Origin: an uncultured virus (IMG/VR IMGVR_UViG_3300025121_000022)
Taxonomy: Duplodnaviria; Heunggongvirae; Uroviricota; Caudoviricetes
Virus record (IMG/VR): IMGVR_UViG_3300025121_000022
Direction: 5' to 3' (one strand)
Length of the DNA stretch: 64,000 nt
The first letter of the stretch is position 1; each line of letters starts with the position of its first letter. Below are positions 19,125 to 28,323 of this stretch, piece by piece. The translations under genes and the position numbers were made by a program. The notes under the pieces were generated by a model. The model did not search any database. It saw only the letters and a list, made by a program, of their open reading frames with translations, and was not told the DNA's origin.

Positions 19125-19952
19125 TTGACAGAGATAAAAAAAGACGAACAATACGGCGTATCTTCTGATGGAAGAAGTCTTAAGCTTACGGGGAATGACC
19201 AGATATCACTTCCCGAAGTAAAAGGAACGGATTTCCTTGAAAAGAGGAAAGGGTTAATTATCCAATTTCAGCATATTCCTTCGGGAGAAAGAGTAGATTT
19301 TAAAGCGTTTCTGACTGATTATCGCGATACACATACTGCTGAATGGGAAAAAAATAAGGTATATGGTCGTATGGATGCGATGAGCATATATAAAGGAACA
19401 GAACGAGCAGTTACAATTTCTTGGAATGTTCCTGCAGAAAGCGAAGAAGAAGCAAAATTAAATTTGTATAAAATTGGTGTTTTGAAAAGAATGGTTTATC
19501 CCGTTTATGAAGACGGACAGATTTCGGCACCTCCTCTGATGAAGGCGAAGTTTATTAACTTTTTGACAAACAACGAAGGGGACACCGGGGAAGAAAAAAA
19601 TACAACTCTTATCCCAAGTGGTGTTGTATGTTATATTGACGGAGCAATAGATTATGCTCCCGTTGTAGACGATGGGTTTTTCTTTGGCACTCTTGACTCA
19701 GAGGCGTTCCCAAAGACGATTTCTGTTTCTGTAATGCTTTATATTCTTCATACACATCTTCCAGGATGGACAAAGAAATCTTCGAAAGATGGGGCTCTTG
19801 TGTTTTCGGATGATAAGGTTGGGAATCGGTATCCGTTTGGATACATTGTTCTTCCAGAGGAAAGAACAGATAATGAAAAGTTTTCAACAGATTCTTCTGT
19901 TGGGGATAGTGTGAAAGAATCTCAAGAAGATGTTGTGTTGGGGAAGAAATAA
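19125..19952 (+). CDS. Baseplate tail-tube initiator/cap-like protein
   Basis: FKAFLTDY, VYGRMD, YP.Y...PPLM; follows tape measure. Confidence 0.55.
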   Translation: MTEIKKDEQYGVSSDGRSLKLTGNDQISLPEVKGTDFLEKRKGLIIQFQHIPSGERVDFKAFLTDYRDTHTAEWEKNKVYGRMDAMSIYKGTERAVTISWNVPAESEEEAKLNLYKIGVLKRMVYPVYEDGQISAPPLMKAKFINFLTNNEGDTGEEKNTTLIPSGVVCYIDGAIDYAPVVDDGFFFGTLDSEAFPKTISVSVMLYILHTHLPGWTKKSSKDGALVFSDDKVGNRYPFGYIVLPEERTDNEKFSTDSSVGDSVKESQEDVVLGKK

Positions 19953-21520
19953 TGAGATATGTAATTTTGGAAGAAGTTAAAGATGTTCTTTTGCTTGAAG
20001 ATAAAATTTCCTCTCTGAAAGAAAAGCTTCCCGAGCAAACAGAGCTAATCGACTTCTTTGCCTCGAAAGATCCGACGGGCAAACAGAAGTATTTGGAATG
20101 GGCTTTAAAAAGAACTCTTCAAGGCAACGAGAGCAAAGAGCTTGTTGCGGACGCATTTCTTAAGTTCGATCAGATTGGTCCTCGGCTGGAAAAGAAAGAC
20201 ATTAATCAATACGAAACGGCTGAAAGAGTCTTCGACGCAATCAACTATTACGAAACCGTGCAACGGAGCGAGAGATCGAAGGGGAAAGAGAAGAAGAAAA
20301 CCGCCTATAAAGCAGCCGAAAGTGGCGAAGGGGAACATTTCCAAACTCTTTATGAGGACGATGAATACATCATGATTCGTCTGCTGTCGAGGGAGGGCTC
20401 TTGTTATTGGGGTCGAGGAACCCCATGGTGTATTGCAGCCCAAGGACAGAACTATTTCTATCAATATACGATTAACGATGGGGTCGTCTTTTTTAACGTC
20501 ATAAACAAGACAGTTCCTTTGGAAGACGTCATAAGTAACAGGTTTTCAAGAATTAACTTTGCTGTTGTCGACCAAGGGGACGGTATCGAAACAACCGTAA
20601 CGACAGTAGAGAACGAATATCCTGGCGGCATATTTACGGGAAATCTTCTTCAAACCCCGAGAGAAGTAATAGAAGAGATCGGAGGTCAAGACCGATTTAA
20701 CAAATATGTTTCCTTGATGCAGAAGAACATGAAGGAAGTAACATATGACGATTGGCTAAAGTTTGTTGCTGCGGCTTTCAATAGAGATGAAGCGGAAGCG
20801 TATAATGTCGACGAACTCCGAAAGCTAATGAAGATTGTTCGAGCCGGGTATAATCCTTCCATCGAAATGATGGCGGAGATGTCGGAGGGTGGTATCCCCG
20901 AAGAGTTTTTAAAATATGAAAAACAGATTCAACGGCAAGGTTTGCTAAACAACAAGCTAAAAGATGCGGTAAAACAAGAAGAAACTCCCAACCTCGAATA
21001 TGTAAAAGATTTAATTCGGAAGGGTGCGAACGTAAGAACAAGTAACAACCTTGCCATCCGATGGGCTTCGGCAAAAGGCCATGTTGAGGTCGTGAAGATT
21101 CTTCTTTCCGACAAAAGGGTTGATCCAACGGCCGATGACAACTATGCCTTCCAATGGGCTTCGGAATACGGCCAGGTTGAGGTCGTGAAGATTCTTCTTT
21201 CCGACAAGAGGGTTGATCCAACGGCCGGTAACAACCTTGCCATCCGAGTGGCTTCGGCAAACGGCCATGTTGAGGTCGTGAAGATTCTTCTTTCCGACAA
21301 GAGGGTTGTTCCCTCGGCCGATGACAACGCTGCCATCCGATGGGCTTCGGCAAACGGCCATGTTGAGGTCGTGAAGATTCTTTATCAACATAACCCCGAC
21401 CACTATAATAAAGAAACACCAGGAATCGTCAGGAAATGGGATTTGGACAAGAAAGAAGAAATAAAAGAATCCTTTCTAAGAAGATTAATCAAAGAATCGT
21501 ATAAAGAGGTTGTTAAATAA
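19952..21520 (+). CDS. Two-part protein: N-terminal GTPWC-motif domain plus C-terminal ankyrin repeats
   Basis: DPTGKQKYLEW, KKDINQY, SCYWGRGTPWCI; about four ankyrin repeats from ~21030. Confidence 0.8.
   Translation: MRYVILEEVKDVLLLEDKISSLKEKLPEQTELIDFFASKDPTGKQKYLEWALKRTLQGNESKELVADAFLKFDQIGPRLEKKDINQYETAERVFDAINYYETVQRSERSKGKEKKKTAYKAAESGEGEHFQTLYEDDEYIMIRLLSREGSCYWGRGTPWCIAAQGQNYFYQYTINDGVVFFNVINKTVPLEDVISNRFSRINFAVVDQGDGIETTVTTVENEYPGGIFTGNLLQTPREVIEEIGGQDRFNKYVSLMQKNMKEVTYDDWLKFVAAAFNRDEAEAYNVDELRKLMKIVRAGYNPSIEMMAEMSEGGIPEEFLKYEKQIQRQGLLNNKLKDAVKQEETPNLEYVKDLIRKGANVRTSNNLAIRWASAKGHVEVVKILLSDKRVDPTADDNYAFQWASEYGQVEVVKILLSDKRVDPTAGNNLAIRVASANGHVEVVKILLSDKRVVPSADDNAAIRWASANGHVEVVKILYQHNPDHYNKETPGIVRKWDLDKKEEIKESFLRRLIKESYKEVVK
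21041..21382 (+). repeat. 93-nt ankyrin-coding repeat, locus 3
   Basis: Unit starts at 21077, 21170, 21263, 21356; framework near-identical to locus 1. Confidence 0.95.
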
Positions 21521-21861
21521 TGCCCATCTCTCGTTATCGCAGGTTAAATCCTGTTATCAACAAAAATGAAATGTATGCTTCGGAGCTTAAGAAAAAGGGG
21601 CTTAAGCATATTTTACAATACAAAACTCTTCAACTGAAATATCCGACAAAAGAACAAATAAAAGAACTTGATGTTGTTAATCATACATGGAGAGCCGGGG
21701 ACAAGTATTATAAACTTGCATATAAACACTATGGAGATGTTACTTTATGGTGGTTGATTGCTTGGTTTAACCAAGTTCCAGTAGACTGCCAATTAACAAT
21801 TGGACAAATAGTTTATATTCCTTTGCCGTTGGAAAAAGTTATGATGATGTTTGAGGGATAA
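21520..21861 (+). CDS. LysM-like baseplate/tail protein
   Basis: GDKYYKLAYKHYGDVTLWWLIAWFN...GQIVYIP. Confidence 0.75.
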   Translation: MPISRYRRLNPVINKNEMYASELKKKGLKHILQYKTLQLKYPTKEQIKELDVVNHTWRAGDKYYKLAYKHYGDVTLWWLIAWFNQVPVDCQLTIGQIVYIPLPLEKVMMMFEG

Positions 21862-21863
21862 AG

Positions 21864-24161
21864 ATGGAAAGAAGAGTAGGTGATCTTTATGACCCCAATG
21901 TCATAAAGCATTCGGACATTAGAGCGGCAGAAGCGACAATAGAACAAAGAAAAAAGCAGGAAGAGTCTTTTGATTCTGCTGTTAAAAAGATTCAAGAAGC
22001 TTTTTATCGTGGATTTAGAGAGCAGGAATATATTGCAGCCAACTTCGACAAGATAATTCAACAGCAAGAGACAAGGAATAAATCAAAATCTCATTTATAT
22101 CTCACCACAAATGAAAGCTCAGAAAGCTTTATATCCAAGCTTTTAAGAAGAGAAGGAGCAGAAGAAATATTAAACATGACTCCTGCTCAACAAAGCTGTT
22201 TGGTTCCAAAAATACGACTATATAAAGTATTTCTTTTGGAAGGTGGGAAAAAGAAAGAAGTTGAGTATACTTTCAAGAACTTTATTGATACAAAGGACAT
22301 AGAGAAGATATTTAAAGACAAGAAAGCAAGAGGAGGAGGAGCGGGTGTAGAATCTTTTAAATGGAGTTATGAGGGAACCGACCTTGCGACGTCGGATAGA
22401 AACATCTTGGCGTCATTAACAATATTATTTTCTTCTCTTGACGAGTTTTTCGAAGAGAGGACAATAGACGGAGAATATAAAATTGGTTTTTCTGATTTTA
22501 CTTGGTTTAAGCAAAGATCCTCAATGGGTTGGTTGGGGAATTATGGAATAAGTGCTAAGAACAATCCTCCATTTATAGTTAAGGCTCATGTTGGCTGGTC
22601 TTTTGACCAAAACAATCCCCTTTTGTCAAAGAAATTAAAAGATGCTTTGAATTCTCACAATATCGTCTTGCAGCTTTTTCCTGTGAATTATCAAACGGAG
22701 ATTGCTCAAGCTGGTTATGTGAGAATGACTTTTGATTTTATTTCTTCTTTGGAAGGCTTGATGAATTCTGCCGATGCAGATATTTTCTATTCCATCAAGG
22801 AGGCAGATAAGAAGTTTCAAAATTCGTTATTGAAGTTTGAAGCATATGAGTTGGACGACGAAGCAGAAAAAAAGGGCGTTGATATTAGAACTATAGAAAG
22901 GGATCTTGAGAAAAAGCGACAAGAAGAAATAAAAGAGCTAAGGCAACAGGAGATATATGCTGCATACAAGATTTTGTTGGAAATGTTAAAATGCAACGAT
23001 CAAATATATTCTCTTGAAGCGGAGCCTTTGGATGTATTGTATCATCTTGAGGTTGATTTAACACCGGAAGAAAAACAAGCATATTTGGAGAAAATACCAA
23101 AAAATCAAAATTCCGATGCAAACGACCATGATGAACAGGCAAAAAAGATATTGCAAGGAAGCTCCCAATCTCCAGAGTTGTCTTACATTAATGGAAGATT
23201 TGATATTAAGTATTTCTTTTTTGGAGATCTTGTTGATGCTGCGATGAGGATCGTAGAGGGCAACAATCCCAAGATTCTTCAAGATTTGAAGATTTTATTT
23301 GGGAATATAACGATAAAAGGCGACGGAGGAGAGTTAAAAAGTATTTCTATTGCCGATTTGCCGATATCTCTTAACAACTATTTGACTTGGTTTAAAGCAA
23401 ACGTTATTAAGACCGGAGTTCCCTCTGTGTTCCTGAAGAACTTTATCTTTGGTCTTTTGCAGAGCCTGATTAGACCCAGCCTACATCATCCAAAAGGGCT
23501 TTTGGGAAGATATCCTCAAAGCAAAAGAGTTTTGTTTTCTTCGACTGTTTTAACTTTTCCCAAGAAGAGAGATAAAAAAGTCATATCTGAATCTAATCAA
23601 CAAATATCTCCGGAGCAGGAATCGTGGTTTATTGTGTTTGCTATTGATTACGAGGGAGCACACTTTAAAAAGATTGATGTTGAAAAAGATCAGAAAAATG
23701 GAGTATATCATCTTTATGAGGGGAGAAATCGGGGCATAACAGAAGAAATAAAATATGCGCAAAGAAGCGACGAGGCGTTAAGAAGCGTTCGTATGGCAAA
23801 GATTAAAAAAGGCATTGAAAGCTCTGATGGTTTGATGTTGTTGGACGTTTTTGATGCTAACGTGGCGTTGATGGGGAATAACATTTTTACCAACGGAAGT
23901 AAGATATTTCTTCATCCGTCTCCAATGCTTGCAAATGAAACAAACGCGAGAAGATTTGGATTGTTGGGGTATTATACTGTAATTAAAACGGAGTGTGAGA
24001 TTACTCCTAGTAGCTTTAAAACAAATTTGACATGTATGACGGAAATGGTAATTGGGTTCAATGTCGGGGAAGAAGAGGGAGCTGTAACTCCTAGAAGCCT
24101 AGACGACGGTAATGTTTCTTCTACTCAAAGTTATAGCTCTGTAGACGGAGTTGAAAAATAA
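21864..24161 (+). CDS. Baseplate hub-like structural protein
   Basis: Large ORF in baseplate module; C-terminal MGNNIF..G..IF, GYYTVIK. Confidence 0.5.
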   Translation: MERRVGDLYDPNVIKHSDIRAAEATIEQRKKQEESFDSAVKKIQEAFYRGFREQEYIAANFDKIIQQQETRNKSKSHLYLTTNESSESFISKLLRREGAEEILNMTPAQQSCLVPKIRLYKVFLLEGGKKKEVEYTFKNFIDTKDIEKIFKDKKARGGGAGVESFKWSYEGTDLATSDRNILASLTILFSSLDEFFEERTIDGEYKIGFSDFTWFKQRSSMGWLGNYGISAKNNPPFIVKAHVGWSFDQNNPLLSKKLKDALNSHNIVLQLFPVNYQTEIAQAGYVRMTFDFISSLEGLMNSADADIFYSIKEADKKFQNSLLKFEAYELDDEAEKKGVDIRTIERDLEKKRQEEIKELRQQEIYAAYKILLEMLKCNDQIYSLEAEPLDVLYHLEVDLTPEEKQAYLEKIPKNQNSDANDHDEQAKKILQGSSQSPELSYINGRFDIKYFFFGDLVDAAMRIVEGNNPKILQDLKILFGNITIKGDGGELKSISIADLPISLNNYLTWFKANVIKTGVPSVFLKNFIFGLLQSLIRPSLHHPKGLLGRYPQSKRVLFSSTVLTFPKKRDKKVISESNQQISPEQESWFIVFAIDYEGAHFKKIDVEKDQKNGVYHLYEGRNRGITEEIKYAQRSDEALRSVRMAKIKKGIESSDGLMLLDVFDANVALMGNNIFTNGSKIFLHPSPMLANETNARRFGLLGYYTVIKTECEITPSSFKTNLTCMTEMVIGFNVGEEEGAVTPRSLDDGNVSSTQSYSSVDGVEK

Positions 24162-24162
24162 T

Positions 24163-25158
24163 ATGGTTGCAGATGGAAAAAACTCCATGTCCACGAGAAT
24201 TCTTTTTAACAAGAGAATAGAATATCTTTCTCTTTTTGACGAGAGACTTGAATTAAACGGATATTATATCGACTTCCTTTATCGGCATCAAGTTTATGGA
24301 AAGAGTTTTAATGGAGTTTCTATAATCCCTAAGAAAGATAAGTTTGATGTTTATTTAGACTCTGGGAAGAAGAAAGAAAGAGGAGTAAGTTTTGTTGTAT
24401 CGGCTTACGAATCCTTTAAGAAAGAGTTTGTTAAAATGGCCGGATGCTTGGATAAAAGCGAATTCAAAGATATAAAAGTTGTCTCTGGTTATAAAAACCC
24501 CGAGCAAGAATACAAAAATTATTTTGCAAACTTGGTAGACAACTCTTTTAAGAATGGGTTCTTTAAAAAGAAGGATTTTCTTAACTTCTCAAGACAGATA
24601 ATAGCACTCTCAGAAAATACAAAACTACCATTTACGTTTACAGACTTTATTAATTCCAAGTATTGTGATCCTCTTTGCAGTGGACTTGGAATAGAGGTAA
24701 TGAAAAAGTCTCATTCAGACGATTACCCAAAAACTGTTTTAATGTCGGACGACAATTATCCCCTTTATCAGAGCTGTGCTGTCCGATTTGGGTTTGCTGT
24801 AGATAAAAACGCTCCATGGAGATTGATGTTTAATCTTTATTCTGATGCGGCAAAGCCTTTTATAGAAAAAACAGAGCAAAACTCGGTACTTGAAGAATAT
24901 TTCGAAGACGCGAAATATAAAGACTTGGATTTGCTAAAAGAAGTTATTATTGCTTCTTATCGCAAATACGTTAATAAAAAGGATGTTGACAAAGACGTTG
25001 GTTTTTGGTTTAATCTTTATCTTGGGTTAAAGCTGGAGTATTCGGATAAGGGGCTGTCTTTGGCCAAGAAAAAGAAGATTATTGAGAAATCTTGTGCTCT
25101 TTTAAAAGAACTTGACTTTGACCGTGCGATGCGATATCTTGAGGCCGAAACAAGATAA
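24163..25158 (+). CDS. Hypothetical protein
   Basis: Long ORF with FGFAVDKNAPWRL. Confidence 0.65.
   Translation: MVADGKNSMSTRILFNKRIEYLSLFDERLELNGYYIDFLYRHQVYGKSFNGVSIIPKKDKFDVYLDSGKKKERGVSFVVSAYESFKKEFVKMAGCLDKSEFKDIKVVSGYKNPEQEYKNYFANLVDNSFKNGFFKKKDFLNFSRQIIALSENTKLPFTFTDFINSKYCDPLCSGLGIEVMKKSHSDDYPKTVLMSDDNYPLYQSCAVRFGFAVDKNAPWRLMFNLYSDAAKPFIEKTEQNSVLEEYFEDAKYKDLDLLKEVIIASYRKYVNKKDVDKDVGFWFNLYLGLKLEYSDKGLSLAKKKKIIEKSCALLKELDFDRAMRYLEAETR
25112..25140 (+). promoter_or_regulatory. sigma70-type promoter opening the replication block
   Basis: TTGACT-17 bp-TATCTT. Confidence 0.55.
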
Positions 25159-25164
25159 GGCAGC

Positions 25165-26358
25165 ATGAATTTCATAGACGTTCTTTTTTCTTCTAAAAAC
25201 GGTGAATCTGACGTTATTTACTGTGATGGTAGTATTAATGTATTATCTCTTTCAGAGTCCGGAAATCTTCCAGTCCCGAGTTTTTCTTGGTATCTATCGA
25301 GAGCCTTCCCTTGTGTTGACTCCGCCGCTTTGTACTGTTCCAATAAAAAGGTTGTCGACGTATGTTCGCAAAAGGAAAGGAGAGACTGGGAAAAGCTTTA
25401 TGAAACATGGGCCGCATATCAGTGTGCAATTAAAACAGCTAAAGTAAAAGTAACTTCTAGGAATTTTGTTGATTTATTTTCTTTTGACTTCTTGCTTGAG
25501 TTTGCCGCCAAAAGAACTGAAATAACAAAAAAGATTATTGATTCGACCGAAAGGCCAAAGAATTATAATTTGCTTAAACAGGCGTCGTTTCTATTAGAGG
25601 ACATAGCCTTTAAAAAACTTAACGTCTGTGCAGAAGCGGACGAAGACATAAAGAACGCTTTAAATAAAAGCCTACAGAGAATAGACTATAATCTTTTTGG
25701 TACTGTTACAGGGCGTCTGAGCGAGCGGCCGGGTTCTTTTCCGATACTTAGATTGCCCAAAAAAGAAAGACACATTCTTTGTCCCAACAATGATGTTTAT
25801 GTCGAATTGGACATAAATGGAGCTGAAATAAGAACTATTTTACATTTGTTTGGGAAAGAACAACCTCAACACGATATCCACCAATGGAATGCAGAAAACC
25901 TCTTTTGCGGTAAACTTTCCAGAGAAGAAGCAAAAAAGAAAGTTTTCTCTTGGCTGTATAACCCAGAAGATGCTTCCTTAAAGATATTTGACAGAGAAGA
26001 ACTAATAAAGAAGTATTGGGACGGGAAAAAGATTGAAACACCTTTGGGGCGAACTATAGAAATAGAGGATTTTCATTTTGTTTTTAATTATCTTATCCAA
26101 AGCACAACGAGTGATTTGTTTCTTGCGCAGGCACTAAAAGTTTGGGAATGTCTGAAAAAGAATAAGATGAGAAGCTATATCGCTTTCCTTATTCACGACT
26201 GTCTTGTATTAGATTTTGACAAGAATGAAAAACATAAAATAAGAGAGATAGAAGAAATTTTCTCTTCTACAGATTTTGGAAAGTATGTTATAAACCTCTC
26301 TATAGGGAAGAATTTTGGAGAGATGAGTAGGATTTTAGAACATGGTAAAAAAGTCTAG
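25165..26358 (+). CDS. Short family A DNA polymerase-like protein (no exonuclease domain evident)
   Basis: TVTGRLS, ELDINGAEIR, REEAKK, NYLIQST, IHD. Confidence 0.75.
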   Translation: MNFIDVLFSSKNGESDVIYCDGSINVLSLSESGNLPVPSFSWYLSRAFPCVDSAALYCSNKKVVDVCSQKERRDWEKLYETWAAYQCAIKTAKVKVTSRNFVDLFSFDFLLEFAAKRTEITKKIIDSTERPKNYNLLKQASFLLEDIAFKKLNVCAEADEDIKNALNKSLQRIDYNLFGTVTGRLSERPGSFPILRLPKKERHILCPNNDVYVELDINGAEIRTILHLFGKEQPQHDIHQWNAENLFCGKLSREEAKKKVFSWLYNPEDASLKIFDREELIKKYWDGKKIETPLGRTIEIEDFHFVFNYLIQSTTSDLFLAQALKVWECLKKNKMRSYIAFLIHDCLVLDFDKNEKHKIREIEEIFSSTDFGKYVINLSIGKNFGEMSRILEHGKKV

Positions 26359-27199
26359 TTGTGCTGTAGTAATAGGAAATCAGCCCGTATTAGTAGAACA
26401 ATTAAAGTCTTGGCCAGAACTCAAGAAAGTTTTTCTTGTGTCTTCTCGTGATGACTCTGATGTAGTAATTAAAGAGACAAGTCCCGAGAAGATAGAAGAA
26501 TCTTTTGATAAGCTTTATTCCTCTTCAAAGTGTAATCTTCATAAATTTAATAAACTTGGCAATTCTTGTATAGCATTTGTTGATGGCTCAGACATCGTTT
26601 CTGCATGTAGTCTTCGTCTGCTTCAAAAAGTCAAGGACGCAGACATCAGAATAATTTTTTTGCTAAGACCTACGCCAACTTATAAAAATGACGTCAAACT
26701 AAATCGAAAGGTGGTGTATGGTGTGCTCCAAGAATACGCCAGATCGGGAGTTTTTAAGGAAATCTGCATAGTTGATGATTATTGTCTGGAGAAAATGATT
26801 CCTGCAACAACATTGTCCGAGATAGAAACTAAAAAAACAGAGCTTCTTCTTGGGACGTATAAAATGTTGTTGGCCTATAGAGAACAAGAGGGCGTTTTGA
26901 AACAAGACTTAACTCCTCCTAATTGCGCAAGAATTTATACTCTTGGAAGTGTCGATTTGGAAACGGGGAAAGAGAATCTTTTTTATGAAATATTTTCGCC
27001 TATTCTCAAAGCTTACTACTATTTAGTAAGCAAAGGAGACTACGAAAAACAATCAGGGTTATTGCAGGAAGCAAGAGAAAAACTTAATCGGAAACAAGCA
27101 GTAGACTACGTATACGACATATTTATTTCCCCATACGATAGTAAATATTTGTTTGTTATTCCGTATTCTGATCAAATACAGGAGATTATAACATCATGA
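26342..27199 (+). CDS. Possible degenerate tubulin/FtsZ-like protein
   Basis: Size, N-terminal VVIG strand, VLQEYARSG, IVDD; Gly-rich signature eroded. Confidence 0.35.
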   Translation: MVKKSSCAVVIGNQPVLVEQLKSWPELKKVFLVSSRDDSDVVIKETSPEKIEESFDKLYSSSKCNLHKFNKLGNSCIAFVDGSDIVSACSLRLLQKVKDADIRIIFLLRPTPTYKNDVKLNRKVVYGVLQEYARSGVFKEICIVDDYCLEKMIPATTLSEIETKKTELLLGTYKMLLAYREQEGVLKQDLTPPNCARIYTLGSVDLETGKENLFYEIFSPILKAYYYLVSKGDYEKQSGLLQEAREKLNRKQAVDYVYDIFISPYDSKYLFVIPYSDQIQEIITS

Positions 27200-27429
27200 C
27201 AACACCAACTTGGAAAATTCTGTTTATGAAGAAAAATGGCGAAGCGAGAACAATGACTTTTCAATATTTGAGAGACCTTCCCAAATCCCTTTTAAACGAA
27301 AGAATAAAGGGCACGGGAAGACAACCAGCAAAACAAAATCAGGAGGTGGTCTGGGATGTAGACAAACAGGACTTTAGAATTATCAATTGGGATCAAGTAG
27401 TTGAGGGACCAGAAAAAGTTACAGCATAG
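27196..27429 (+). CDS. SH3/WYL-like small protein (DUF2693-type)
   Basis: FMKKNGEARTM...VWDVDKQDFR. Confidence 0.6.
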   Translation: MTTPTWKILFMKKNGEARTMTFQYLRDLPKSLLNERIKGTGRQPAKQNQEVVWDVDKQDFRIINWDQVVEGPEKVTA

Positions 27430-27451
27430 TAACATAACAAGGAGAAACAAA

Positions 27452-28240
27452 ATGTCACTAAACCTAGAAGAAATCAGAAAGAAATTAGACAGCATTAACA
27501 ACCCCAAGAAGGCAAAAACCGGAGAAGGGAAATCGTATCGTTGGTCGCCCAAGGAAACAAAAACTTTTGCATTACGTATTGTGAACGTATCAGAACCCTT
27601 TGTTGAGGCTTCTATCCACTTTATTGGCGGAAAGAGTTTCCTTTGTCCTCGAAAGAATTTCAATGAGAAGTGTGCTATTTGTGAAATGGCTTTTGAGCTT
27701 TACAATACAAAAGATGCTGAGAAGATCCAACTAGCGAAAGATAATTACTTTCCTCGTGAGAGATATTTCTCGCCCATTCTTGTTCGCGGCGAAGAGGACC
27801 AAGGCGTGCGTTGGTGGAGCTATGGCAAAGGCGTGTACAAGTCAATGCTAGAGGAAGTTCTTAATCCCGACGTTGGCAACATCGCCGACGAAGAAAAAGG
27901 ATTTGATGTGCTACTTTCATATGAGTACAACGAAGCTAATCCTCGCTTCTCCAAGAGCAGCGTAAAGATTGCTCGTCGCCCCACTCCGATTATGGAAGAC
28001 TACGAAGTAGCCCGTAAGCTTGTTGCAGATATGCCGACCTTTAATCTTCTTTATCCTCGCAAGACTCCACAAGATGTGGAAATGATTCTTAGCGAGCATA
28101 TGAACCAAGATGTTGGCAATTCCGAGGGAGGCACAGAAAAATATGGTGCTGCCAAGGAATCGGAAACTATTCTAACACAAGCAGCAGAGCCCCCGGTTTC
28201 TGGTGACGACGCTATTGACGCTGCGTTTGAAGAAAAATAG
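27452..28240 (+). CDS. Single-stranded DNA-binding protein (gp32-like)
   Basis: H...CP...CAIC zinc site, WSYGKGVY, acidic tail; precedes recombinase. Confidence 0.8.
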   Translation: MSLNLEEIRKKLDSINNPKKAKTGEGKSYRWSPKETKTFALRIVNVSEPFVEASIHFIGGKSFLCPRKNFNEKCAICEMAFELYNTKDAEKIQLAKDNYFPRERYFSPILVRGEEDQGVRWWSYGKGVYKSMLEEVLNPDVGNIADEEKGFDVLLSYEYNEANPRFSKSSVKIARRPTPIMEDYEVARKLVADMPTFNLLYPRKTPQDVEMILSEHMNQDVGNSEGGTEKYGAAKESETILTQAAEPPVSGDDAIDAAFEEK

Positions 28241-28252
28241 ATTGAGATGAAA

Positions 28253-28308
28253 ATGTAGAACAATACTCCGGCTGGGTTTATCTCGGCCGGAGTTGTTCTA
28301 CATCTTTT
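28253..28308 (+). terminator. Long hairpin / terminator between SSB and recombinase
   Basis: ATGTAGAACA..ACTCCGGCTGGG pairs with CTCGGCCGGAGT-TGTTCTACAT, then TTTT. Confidence 0.65.
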
Positions 28309-28323
28309 AACTGAGGAACAATA

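Noticed and set aside
20778..21419. Repetitive minus-strand ORFs over the ankyrin array
   Set aside because: Shadow frames of the coding repeat.
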